Part shown: piece after piece, positions 45,450-54,428 of the stretch
Numbering within the stretch: position 1 is the first letter of the stretch
Layout: every line of letters starts with the position of its first letter
DNA from: a virus
Lineage: Duplodnaviria; Caudoviricetes
Strand: one strand, 5' to 3'
DNA: 64,000 bases
Virus record (IMG/VR): IMGVR_UViG_3300030433_002269
Span: 1 to 64,000 of that record
Translations under genes and position numbers: made by a program
Notes under the pieces: model-generated
The model's input: the letters and a program-made list of their open reading frames with translations, nothing else
Told to the model about the DNA's origin: nothing
Database searches by the model: none

Positions 45450-47738
45450 TCAAGCGAATACTATAATCTCCTTGTATCGAGAAAGAATCTTCTCTGCGTC
45501 ATTCCTCCATAACTGAATCTTGGAACCAAGGTCTACATTCTGCGTACCTTCTGGAATAAGCACAGAGCGGTCATCAGCCATCAATAACTCAACTGCTACC
45601 ATTTTAGTAGCAACTTCTTCTATGGCCTTCTCAAGATACCTTTCGCCATATATGTAAGATACTTTGATTGCATTCCACTCAAAGTAAGGATAGGAATTGT
45701 TGAAGTAAATGATACCCATCTCGTGGTCCATCCACCAATCTCGTCTACGGGCTTGGTCTCCACCTGCACCAGAAAAGGCACCAATATCAGTTTTGAAATA
45801 ATACTGACTTACTGTGCTAATACTATTGTTCAATAAACTGATAGAAGCACCACTAACACTTGCTATTCCACCAAAATAATTACTTCCCTTAGTGGTATAA
45901 GAATAAACATTTGTGGCTTCCCCATTGACAACCATAAGGAAACCTTTGGAAGGGAAACCATCAGTAGATTCGACATAGAGTGTACTGCTTTCCAAGATAG
46001 TCTGATAATGTAATTGACCTACATGACTAGAGGTGTCGCTCAATCGTATATCGTCGCCAACATAACTAGCAAATGTACCGACAGCAGTGCCTGCTGAATC
46101 ATAAATGGTTTCACCTGCAGTATATGTATGCCCGCCAACTAGTATACCTCCACCAGTAACCTCTGTGTCAAAGTAAGCCCTATTGTAAAGTTTAGCACCG
46201 GCTGTTAACTTACTAACTGGTGCAGAAAAACTAAGGTAACGAGTAGCCCCATCAGAAGCCGCTGTTACAGTTCCATAAACCGCACCAGAAGCATCGTAAA
46301 TAGGAGAAGAATCACCACTAGCCAAATATCCACCATTGGCTATAGGATTTTTACCAGAAGTATCCAAATCTACTCTTTTGAAATCATGAATTGCAGTACC
46401 GATTGAAGGCCGAGCATCCGAAGGGATTGCTCCTTCAAAATAAATTTGATAAGCCCCTGCACCGCCTCCAAACAAAGCAATTATTCCCATACTGTTACCA
46501 TCGGGTGTAAATACTTCCTGTCCCACAGTAAATACAGTCGCAGGGTCATTTGCTGCACTGTCAAGTATGATTCTAGTATAACCTGATAGATAATTACCAA
46601 TTGTCAATGTAGCGTCAGGTGCGGGATAAGATAAGACTGTCACTCCATTATCAAGAGAAGACCAACCACTATGACTGTTATTATATCTGGTCTTAGTACT
46701 CCTTTCACCATATTGTGACATAGATAAATTGGTCAAATCAGTCGCTGCTATTTGTAGAGCCTCGCCACCTTTGGTTTGCCTTTTACTGGTAAGTTTGACT
46801 TTACCATTACCATAATCAGAGTTAGCGGTCGCTAATACTTCGTCATGGACAGCAATGTTTGATGATGAACCTTCCAAAGTAAACGATGGGCTAAATTCAA
46901 CACTTGCTTTGCTTACCCTGTCTTCTTTATTGATAAGGTCCGCTAGATTTTGCGCAGTTGAAACCCTATCGAAATCGGCTCTCCACTTTGTTGACTCAGT
47001 GCCAACTTCTAATGTAGCAATAGAGCCATTACCAAGAGTGAGATAGATTGAGTCGCCGCTTAATCCAGCATGGTCGACGACCTCTAACCTCACTTCTGCA
47101 CCAGCAAGTTCTCTATAATCGTCACCTTGCCATACCTCAAGGCGCAGAATTTGCTGAACATTCCTAAACAAAAGTGGAGATGTACCAACATAGTCTGTAT
47201 AGTATCGTCTTCTGTAAGGCTTGTATGTATCGAAGTTAATGTATTCGGCCATGACCGCACTGGGTCTCCAAGCATTGTGAGTAAGATTGTCAATTTTATC
47301 TTGAACTTCCTTTATCCTCTGCTCGACATGGTCCCTAGTAACCCCACGGGTCTTACCATTGGTAAATGAAGCCTGATTCTGAACATAGGTGTTTAGTGCA
47401 ACTGTATAGTCAGCATTAGTCTTACCTGCAGGGAATGTATCATCGAATACTAGTTTTACACCTGAAGAACTGGATTCAATAGAATCTACTGTTATAGTGA
47501 AACCCATTGGGTCGTTATCACTGTAAATGGTTACTGAATCTCCTACTGTAAAGCCATGGTCACGATAGTCTGCACCAGTAACATAGACACCATCAGTAGC
47601 CGTATCAGTCTTAATCAATACGGCTTCACCGGGTCCTATACCTAAAAGGTCAGCCACTTTTTGGGCTGTAGTATAGACAATTGCTTCTGGGTCAAGAGGT
47701 CTTGTTTCAGCCTCGCCGGGTGAGAATACTGCTGGCAT
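45450..47738 (-). CDS. Head-tail adaptor with large beta-rich insertion
   Basis: YTTAQKVADLL, IKEVQDKIDNLT, YIYG...AIEEVATKMVA adaptor-like core split by repeats. Confidence 0.6.
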   Translation of the reverse strand: MPAVFSPGEAETRPLDPEAIVYTTAQKVADLLGIGPGEAVLIKTDTATDGVYVTGADYRDHGFTVGDSVTIYSDNDPMGFTITVDSIESSSSGVKLVFDDTFPAGKTNADYTVALNTYVQNQASFTNGKTRGVTRDHVEQRIKEVQDKIDNLTHNAWRPSAVMAEYINFDTYKPYRRRYYTDYVGTSPLLFRNVQQILRLEVWQGDDYRELAGAEVRLEVVDHAGLSGDSIYLTLGNGSIATLEVGTESTKWRADFDRVSTAQNLADLINKEDRVSKASVEFSPSFTLEGSSSNIAVHDEVLATANSDYGNGKVKLTSKRQTKGGEALQIAATDLTNLSMSQYGERSTKTRYNNSHSGWSSLDNGVTVLSYPAPDATLTIGNYLSGYTRIILDSAANDPATVFTVGQEVFTPDGNSMGIIALFGGGAGAYQIYFEGAIPSDARPSIGTAIHDFKRVDLDTSGKNPIANGGYLASGDSSPIYDASGAVYGTVTAASDGATRYLSFSAPVSKLTAGAKLYNRAYFDTEVTGGGILVGGHTYTAGETIYDSAGTAVGTFASYVGDDIRLSDTSSHVGQLHYQTILESSTLYVESTDGFPSKGFLMVVNGEATNVYSYTTKGSNYFGGIASVSGASISLLNNSISTVSQYYFKTDIGAFSGAGGDQARRRDWWMDHEMGIIYFNNSYPYFEWNAIKVSYIYGERYLEKAIEEVATKMVAVELLMADDRSVLIPEGTQNVDLGSKIQLWRNDAEKILSRYKEIIVFA

Positions 47739-47782
47739 TGTTCATCCCCTCACCTGACCGTAAAGTGTACCTCACAATAACC

Positions 47783-50563
47783 CTATTGATACATCCTAGT
47801 CAAAACAGCCTTCAACATTTCATCACCATTGTATGGGTTGTAAAGGCCCATAGACTGCTGGATTGTATCATCTTCCCTTGGTGGTGCTGGTGGCTTATCA
47901 GCCATTGGAATAAGTGGGACATCAGGTGCACCTGCTACTGGGGCGGCGGCACCTCCGAATTCTGGTAACGGCATATCGCCCCTTGGTACTTCATCTACAG
48001 GAATGTGCTCAGCACTTTCTTCAGGAGCATCTTCTTCCTCTGGCTCTGCTGGAGCCTCAGTCATCATAGGAATTTCCTCTGCTGCTGGTGCTTCTGCCTC
48101 TTGCTTTTCTGGAGTAATAGTTGCATCCTCAGTCAGAGGAGTAGGTTGCGATTTAGGAGCCTCGCCGTGAGCAGGGACATTAGTGTAGTCTGAAGTAGTA
48201 GCGGCCTGTAAAGCAGCCATTTCTTCTTCACTGATTGCTAGTGGGTCCTCGTCTATCATACCCATTCGCTCTAACACTTCATCACGAGTTGCACCCCAGT
48301 CTTCCGCTGGGATAATACCCATAGGGTCTAATGGAACTTTTTCTTTGTAGTCGGGTTCTGGAGGGTCTAGTGTTTGTACTGCTGGACTTGTTTCGAATGC
48401 TTCTGGAACAGAATACTTCTCTTCGGCCTCGTTCTCTGCTCTTATATCTTCAACTGCTTGGTCAGGATTAATTCCTAGTTTTAACTTACCCGCAAATCGA
48501 GATGCAAAGGAGTCTTCTCCAGTATCACCAGCATCATATTGCATACCTGCTTTACGGGCCCAAACTTCCAGTTTCTTACGAGTTCTCTCTCTTTCTGATA
48601 TTTCTGGAGTAATAGCGTCGATTGCGGCTTGCCTAGCCTGCTGTGCAGATAGACCTGCTTTACCTTGGCTTTCCATCTGTGCCCTCAGTGCAGCAAGTTC
48701 GTTAGCACGGGCTTGAGTAGCACCTCTGTTGTGAGTCAAACCAAATCTTCCTAACTGATTATCTTCAATTCGCTTATCGATATCTGCCAGTAACTTTTGA
48801 GCCTCGCCCACCTCTATTTCACCAGCCTCAAGTCTAGCGTTAACATCTTCACGCTCTTGCAAGGCCTCACCGTGTTGTCGGACATTTTCTTTGATTTCTT
48901 CAGCAAGAAGTTCAGTAACAAGTCTTTTCTCCCTTGCCTTCTGCTCTTGGACTGCTCTCTTACCTTCTTCGGTAAGTTGACGGGTGCCGCCTCTACCAGA
49001 GCCAGTTACGGCTGCTGCCCTAAGCCTGCGTTCCATCTCTTTCTTTCGCTCTGCAGCCTTCCCTGCCCTTCTAGTAGCCTGTTCACCAGAAGTCATTGTA
49101 GTCTCTTTAACGCCACCAGATGGTAGCCTGCGCCTAATCTTCTTCTCCTCTTCAGTCAAAGAAGTCGGCATGTCGGCAGCCTGAGATAGAGAGCGATATC
49201 GTTCATCGATTTCTCCTGTCTCAGGGTCCCAGCCTTCGCCTCTCTTAGGTGCAGTAGACCTGATATTAATTTCAGGAACCATCTCAAACATAGGCTTTCC
49301 AGTTTCTGGGTCAATCTTTTGCTCGCCAGTTGCTGGGTCAAGGATTGGGTCTCCTTGCACTAGATTGGTCGTACCTTGCTCTGTCTTAGGGTCTCCGCCT
49401 CCGACTTGTCTACCAAACTTAACACGAGTGCCACCTCTAATCTTCTGAGAGGCTTTTCCTTCATACGCAATATCCCTTGCCGTATTCCAATCTTTATCAT
49501 ACATTTGCCTTGCAAGGTCAATGGCACTGATTACATTACCCTCTTCGTCATGATACATCTCAGGGTGTTCTACTAATTCGTCCAATTGACGACCTAGTCT
49601 TTCATCACGGCGCTGGACCTTAACTTGCCTCTTTTGCGCAAGGGCCTCGTTAATTGCATCGATTTGTGCTTGACCTTCTTCTGGAGTAATTTCTTTAGAC
49701 TTTACCTTTTCACGAATAGCCTCACGCTCTGCTTTGGCCTGTGCTCTATGTCCGGGTTTGCGCTCTGGCTCTGCTGGAGGTGCACTAGGCCTTGCTGTTC
49801 CGGCCCTGAGAGAAGCCATCGCTGACTCCATAACAGATTTCTGCTGGTCAGGAGTCATATTCATAGTAGCACGCCTGAGCATATAGTTCAGTAATTGCTC
49901 CCTTTCTCCTTCTTCAGGAGGATGGCCTGCTGCTCTACGCTGTGCTAACCTCTCTTCGACCCGAGGGCTAATGACTTCATCGACCCAAGCATCATATATT
50001 GCATTATTAGCCATATTATGGCCGTAAAGTTGATTCAATTCTTCAGCGAATCCGAATTGAGATAACAATCGCTGAGCAGCCATTTGTTGCTCTTTATTAG
50101 CACCTGCGGTTTCTCCGCCTTCTTTCTTATGTTCCCCAAGCATCATTTCTGCTCGTTGTCTAGCCAAAGATTCATGCTTGGAGTCTTTTGGTTGATGTCG
50201 AACGGATGTTAGTTCGGTATACTTTTCTGGTTCAATTCCCAATGGTTCGGCTGGAGTCACTGAAGGTGCAGGTTCGGGAGAAGGTGTAGGTTTAAATTGA
50301 GGAACAGAGCCTGCTTCTCTAGTAGGCCCTATGTCTCTGGGATTTACCTTTTGTTGTGAAACAAACTTTTCGTCTGGTTGTTCCCCTTCCTTTAGGCCCG
50401 ATAAATGCTCTTGTCGCCTTTGTGATACTAAACTACGAAGTCTGTTACCTTCAGTTTGCTCAGCAAGCAATCTATCTCTATCGTCTTTACGCTTCTTAGC
50501 ACCAGATGAAATGACTTTAGTTCTTTTCGGTTCCTTAGCCTTTAGGATTCTGATGCGAGCCAT
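47783..50563 (-). CDS. Large charged coiled-coil/low-complexity protein, 926 aa (candidate internal virion protein)
   Basis: E/R/K/Q-rich helices, Pro/Glu-rich tail, ILKA and MLKA near the two termini. Confidence 0.5.
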   Translation of the reverse strand: MARIRILKAKEPKRTKVISSGAKKRKDDRDRLLAEQTEGNRLRSLVSQRRQEHLSGLKEGEQPDEKFVSQQKVNPRDIGPTREAGSVPQFKPTPSPEPAPSVTPAEPLGIEPEKYTELTSVRHQPKDSKHESLARQRAEMMLGEHKKEGGETAGANKEQQMAAQRLLSQFGFAEELNQLYGHNMANNAIYDAWVDEVISPRVEERLAQRRAAGHPPEEGEREQLLNYMLRRATMNMTPDQQKSVMESAMASLRAGTARPSAPPAEPERKPGHRAQAKAEREAIREKVKSKEITPEEGQAQIDAINEALAQKRQVKVQRRDERLGRQLDELVEHPEMYHDEEGNVISAIDLARQMYDKDWNTARDIAYEGKASQKIRGGTRVKFGRQVGGGDPKTEQGTTNLVQGDPILDPATGEQKIDPETGKPMFEMVPEINIRSTAPKRGEGWDPETGEIDERYRSLSQAADMPTSLTEEEKKIRRRLPSGGVKETTMTSGEQATRRAGKAAERKKEMERRLRAAAVTGSGRGGTRQLTEEGKRAVQEQKAREKRLVTELLAEEIKENVRQHGEALQEREDVNARLEAGEIEVGEAQKLLADIDKRIEDNQLGRFGLTHNRGATQARANELAALRAQMESQGKAGLSAQQARQAAIDAITPEISERERTRKKLEVWARKAGMQYDAGDTGEDSFASRFAGKLKLGINPDQAVEDIRAENEAEEKYSVPEAFETSPAVQTLDPPEPDYKEKVPLDPMGIIPAEDWGATRDEVLERMGMIDEDPLAISEEEMAALQAATTSDYTNVPAHGEAPKSQPTPLTEDATITPEKQEAEAPAAEEIPMMTEAPAEPEEEDAPEESAEHIPVDEVPRGDMPLPEFGGAAAPVAGAPDVPLIPMADKPPAPPREDDTIQQSMGLYNPYNGDEMLKAVLTRMYQ

Positions 50564-50850
50564 TAGTCTTGCCTCCTACTGAGATTGTATTCCATTTGTC
50601 GTCCACAAGTTCTGCAGTTGTCTACCCAACAAAAGTAGAGCATACCACAATGTTTGCATCGAGTGCCAGACCCGATGTTAACAACATCACCGACTGTGGA
50701 CTTGTGACGGTTGCGTTGTTTGAGTGTGATGCCTTGGAGCGGATTGTTCTCGTTTAATACGGAACCTGCCCCATAGGACTCGGCTAATCGAACTCCTCTC
50801 TTCTGAAGGCGTTCGATGTCATCCAAACCGAGATTAGAGTTAGACTTCAT
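50563..50850 (-). CDS. Small Zn-ribbon protein, 95 aa
   Basis: CKHCG...CRTCG; AGGTG SD. Confidence 0.75.
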   Translation of the reverse strand: MKSNSNLGLDDIERLQKRGVRLAESYGAGSVLNENNPLQGITLKQRNRHKSTVGDVVNIGSGTRCKHCGMLYFCWVDNCRTCGRQMEYNLSRRQD

Positions 50851-50859
50851 CTATACACC

Positions 50860-51015
50860 TCAGGATGTGAATACGGTATAGACACTGAGTCCTCTAACGA
50901 TTTGGTGGGTAACTGTGATAACAGTCTTACCTGACATGTATGTGTCAAGTTCACTTTCTATGTTCGCTTGAGTCTCCGCCGGGGCAAACTCAAACACCTT
51001 TGCTGCATTGGCCAT
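50860..51015 (-). CDS. Small hypothetical protein, 51 aa
   Basis: Hand translation MANAAKVFEF...TVFTS*; AGGTGA SD. Confidence 0.6.
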   Translation of the reverse strand: MANAAKVFEFAPAETQANIESELDTYMSGKTVITVTHQIVRGLSVYTVFTS

Positions 51016-51038
51016 GGTTAGTCACCTAGTATCTTGAA

Positions 51039-51044
51039 TATAAA
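51039..51044 (-). promoter_or_regulatory. Putative TATA box TTTATA
   Basis: 24 nt upstream of ATG 51015, just past the hairpin. Confidence 0.35.
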
Positions 51045-51052
51045 TTGTGGGG

Positions 51053-51086
51053 AGCCTCCCCGAAGGCCGAAGCCCTCGAAGAGGCC
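51053..51086 (-). terminator. 15-bp GC-rich hairpin with C(UUCG)G tetraloop after the capsid/decoration genes
   Basis: Minus strand GGCCTCTTCGAGGGC-TTCG-GCCTTCGGGGAGGCT pairs fully with G-U wobbles; no classic U-tract follows. Confidence 0.55.
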
Positions 51087-51133
51087 AAATCGAGCAATGC
51101 TCGTATTCATTACTGCTGAGATATTATCTATCT

Positions 51134-51406
51134 TCAAGAGCGTGGGCCCATTACTGCCCATGTACCGCCTTCGCCTACTTCTACTGCAAGGAACTTAACT
51201 GTTGTTCCATCGATAGTGAAATCAATTAAGCCTGTAGCAGCAGGATGACTCGCAAGTACATTGGCAAGTTTGATTTCTGCTAATAGTGCAGACAAATCCA
51301 AATCGCCAGTCGGTGTAGCCGCAGCATCATCAGTAAATGTTCCAGTGTACATAATCAGATTACCAACTACTGTTGGTCTTGGGTCAGTTGTAAAAGTTAC
51401 AGTCAT
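51134..51406 (-). CDS. Small beta-rich structural protein (capsid decoration candidate)
   Basis: 90 aa, Thr/Gly-rich, two genes downstream of MCP. Confidence 0.55.
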   Translation of the reverse strand: MTVTFTTDPRPTVVGNLIMYTGTFTDDAAATPTGDLDLSALLAEIKLANVLASHPAATGLIDFTIDGTTVKFLAVEVGEGGTWAVMGPRS

Positions 51407-51804
51407 ATTTCTTCATCTCCGTTATTTTCGTCCTCGATTGTCTCGACCTCTTCAGGTTCAGCGACTTCTTCTGCAGAGGGCTCCACAGGGGCCTCCTCGA
51501 CTGGGGCAGGCTCTGGGTTCAGAACCTTGCCAACCAGACCGAGAAGGGCACCCTTGGTAGCATACTTGGTTGGGGCAGACCCACGCTCAGCAAGCCAAGC
51601 GGTGATGTCTTTCTTTGTCCAACCAGAATCCGGTAAACCATCTCCGTCGTCGACAGAGCCGACCACGAATGTGGAATACCTTCCCGCATATTCGTCAATC
51701 CATTCCTGAGAGACTTCGACAGGGCGACCTCGGCGGACTGTGATGCCGAGAGATTCGACAAACACAGACCTGTGAGGCCCACCTACGAGAGTCACCTTAG
51801 GCAT
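51403..51804 (-). CDS. Protein with HeH/LEM/SAP-like motif and acidic tail (start revised to MPKVTL)
   Basis: GWTKKDITAWLAERG...ATKGALLGLV; GAGGTG SD. Confidence 0.6.
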   Translation of the reverse strand: MPKVTLVGGPHRSVFVESLGITVRRGRPVEVSQEWIDEYAGRYSTFVVGSVDDGDGLPDSGWTKKDITAWLAERGSAPTKYATKGALLGLVGKVLNPEPAPVEEAPVEPSAEEVAEPEEVETIEDENNGDEEI

Positions 51805-51815
51805 CCTTGGACACC

Positions 51816-52976
51816 TCACTGTAGGTCACGGATACAGCCTTGTGCACCGAAGAAAGTAGCCCATACTTCACCGAGGGTTCGGTATAGTCCTTCCTGACCT
51901 AGTCTGTTAATTGCGAATGGGTCACCAGTCTCAATACCACTTTCGAAGTATTGCGTTGGGATACCAGTGCTAAAGTAGACATAGTCTGTGTCCAAGACAT
52001 ACATTCTGCTTAGTGTGTCAGTTGCTCCGACTGCTCCAATGTCCTTAGATGGGATGATTGGAACACCGTTGTAGGTTGCTACAATGAATCCAGCCTCAAC
52101 ACCCGGAACACCCTTTACACCGTTAAAGGTAGGTACTACACGCTTCTCTTCCATGAACCTCTGTTGGCTCTGTAGGAGTTGCTGTAGACGGGTTAGAGTG
52201 TCATATCCAGTTAGGATAACCTTAGGTGAACCACCACGCTTCCAGACACGCTGGAAAACATCGTCTAGTTGGTCTAGTGCTAGAGTGCGGTTAACTGCTG
52301 CTGCGCTTCCGTCTGAACCAGTGTTAGCCTCTGCAGAGTGGAAGTCAGCACTGCCGTCACGAGTGATTCCGTAGATGTCGTGGTCAGTGATTGCGCTCAC
52401 AGTAGTAGAGGTAGTGTTCATGGTGTCAGGGTCAGAAGTGATTCTGTCAAGAGATTCTAGGTCATCACCTGCTAATGTGTCAACATCGCCTACTAGCATT
52501 CTGTTGATGTGCTCAGCGTGGTGCTTACCCATTTCTTCTTTCAAGACAGCACGGACATCTCCTAGACCATCATCTTTGTCAGCAAGGAACATTGCAACTT
52601 CAGACATGTCGAAGGTGTGTGCAACGGTCTTTGGCTTGGTGCTAACTTCAAGGAAAGTTGGCTTGATGGTGTCAGGTAGAACGCCGTTCTCTGCAGTGCC
52701 ACCGCCAGTACCGAAGGTAGGCTTTGCAGTGACCAAACGCCATCCAGAGCGGTCCCATGGTTTCTTAGGAAGAATGCTAAATGCATTAAATTCCTGATTC
52801 AGTTGACTCCATACCTTTCGACCGTAGATAGCCTGATAGGTACCGGTAGTTGTGCTTAGCAATGGTGCGTCAGCCTTTAGAAGTTCGCTTCCGCTGTAGG
52901 AATATCCCATTGCGGTGCCTGCTCCGTAGTAGTAGCGCTCCATATCTTGTACAGTTCTCATATAATTTCGTGCCAT
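51816..52976 (-). CDS. Major capsid protein (HK97 fold)
   Basis: Follows protease/scaffold; 386 aa; KVWSQLNQE, EHINRML, YNGVPII, MYVLDTDY pattern. Confidence 0.9.
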   Translation of the reverse strand: MARNYMRTVQDMERYYYGAGTAMGYSYSGSELLKADAPLLSTTTGTYQAIYGRKVWSQLNQEFNAFSILPKKPWDRSGWRLVTAKPTFGTGGGTAENGVLPDTIKPTFLEVSTKPKTVAHTFDMSEVAMFLADKDDGLGDVRAVLKEEMGKHHAEHINRMLVGDVDTLAGDDLESLDRITSDPDTMNTTSTTVSAITDHDIYGITRDGSADFHSAEANTGSDGSAAAVNRTLALDQLDDVFQRVWKRGGSPKVILTGYDTLTRLQQLLQSQQRFMEEKRVVPTFNGVKGVPGVEAGFIVATYNGVPIIPSKDIGAVGATDTLSRMYVLDTDYVYFSTGIPTQYFESGIETGDPFAINRLGQEGLYRTLGEVWATFFGAQGCIRDLQ

Positions 52977-52991
52977 ATTTCATTCCTCCAT

Positions 52992-54395
52992 TTAATTCCA
53001 TACGCTCCCAGCAAGGTTGTGGACTTCGTCCCACGACATACTTGCAAGGTCCTCTGTTGATGGAATTTCAACATTGGACTGAGTTTCCGACTTGCGGATA
53101 GTGGTGGAGTTGTCTGGAGATGCTGATGCAATCTCCTCAATTCGTGCCGAGAGAGCCTCTAGGGACTTCTCGATAGTAGACAATGGTGAGCGAGCATCGA
53201 ATGCTGCTGCTGCCTTTGCATCTGCTTCTGCAGTTAGTTCCTTTTGTAGGCGCTCTGCGAAGACATCGTTTAGGCTTGACTTGAAGCGTTGCTCCAATGC
53301 CGCTGCCTTGTAAACTTCGTATCCAGCCTCAATATCTGCTGCTGTTACATCGTTAGGGTTTAGGTAGCCTTTTGCTACTTTGCCCTTAGCGTTCAGTCTT
53401 TCCAATGCACCTGCTGAAGGGTTACCTGCTTCGTGACCGCCACCTGTGGATTGGCCACGGAAGTAAGTTGCTCCGTCTACAGTTTCTGGGTTGTCAAAGC
53501 CACCAAGTTGGGCTTTATTCATCTGGTCGAAGTGCGCACGAGCACCATCTGTGTCAACACCTGCGGATTTGAGAGTACTCTCCATCCAGTTCAGGTAGTC
53601 GCTTGAGATAGTATCTGCGTATGCACCATCAGCCTTCGCTGCTATGTCAAGGTCTTCGTTCATATCTTCGTCCTCCTGTTCTTCGTCGTCCTCACATTCC
53701 TCTTCTTCGTCCATGAAGGCCTTTTTAGGGTCTTCAGTGTCTGCTTCTTCCTCTTCAGACTTCAAGACTAATGCCTCTTCATCTGCCTTTTCCAAAGCAT
53801 CTAGCCTACCATTTAGGCGGTCTAGGACTCCCGAGAGTTCGGAGAGCGTATCATTTTCGTTGTTCATATTTGTGTCCTCCTTCAAAATTCTGAAGGTTGC
53901 TTCAGGGTTGATACCCTTTTCACAAATGGTCACTTCATGTAGTTCTAGTTTAGAAATCTCGGTGTAATCACCGTGCTTCTGGTCGGATTTGTTAACACGC
54001 TTGAAAGCCTGTCCTCCGATACTAAAACCAGTTAGGTTACCCTTGCGAATTTCACTGGCAACTTCTCTTGCCTTCTCAATGTCATCTCTCAATTGGATGA
54101 CTACGAACATACCTGCGTCATCTACTCCAGATTTCCACAGTCGTCCATCACTGTCAGTGTAAGATGGTATTACTTCACCGACTTGTATATTGGAATGTGC
54201 TAGTTGTACATTCCTGTAGTTTGCTGCTTTCATGAAGTCACCAAATGCATTCTTCAGAGCAGAGCGAGTAATGAGGTCACCTTGCTTGTCTACCATCTCT
54301 ACAGATGCATATCCCGCTATAACAAGGTCGTTACTACTCTTTAGGAGAGAGATACCTGCAGGGTTGGATGCCCTGAGTGCTCCAGCAGTAACCAT
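52992..54395 (-). CDS. HK97-type prohead protease fused to acidic scaffold domain
   Basis: IAGYASVE, QLAHSN (His), GFSIGG (Ser), LHEVTIC; helical acidic C-terminal half. Confidence 0.92.
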   Translation of the reverse strand: MVTAGALRASNPAGISLLKSSNDLVIAGYASVEMVDKQGDLITRSALKNAFGDFMKAANYRNVQLAHSNIQVGEVIPSYTDSDGRLWKSGVDDAGMFVVIQLRDDIEKAREVASEIRKGNLTGFSIGGQAFKRVNKSDQKHGDYTEISKLELHEVTICEKGINPEATFRILKEDTNMNNENDTLSELSGVLDRLNGRLDALEKADEEALVLKSEEEEADTEDPKKAFMDEEEECEDDEEQEDEDMNEDLDIAAKADGAYADTISSDYLNWMESTLKSAGVDTDGARAHFDQMNKAQLGGFDNPETVDGATYFRGQSTGGGHEAGNPSAGALERLNAKGKVAKGYLNPNDVTAADIEAGYEVYKAAALEQRFKSSLNDVFAERLQKELTAEADAKAAAAFDARSPLSTIEKSLEALSARIEEIASASPDNSTTIRKSETQSNVEIPSTEDLASMSWDEVHNLAGSVWN

Positions 54396-54418
54396 TGAAG
54401 GGTGTTACTTGACTCATA

Positions 54419-54428
54419 CTATTTAATG
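54419..54428 (-). promoter_or_regulatory. Putative TATA-like box (CATTAAATAG) for a leaderless protease/MCP transcript
   Basis: About 26 nt upstream of ATG 54395, which has no SD. Confidence 0.35.

Noticed and set aside
47783-50563. 926-aa protein as the true tape measure
   Set aside because: It lies upstream of the neck genes rather than after the chaperones, and it is highly charged and Pro-rich rather than Ala/Gly amphipathic; not fully excluded.
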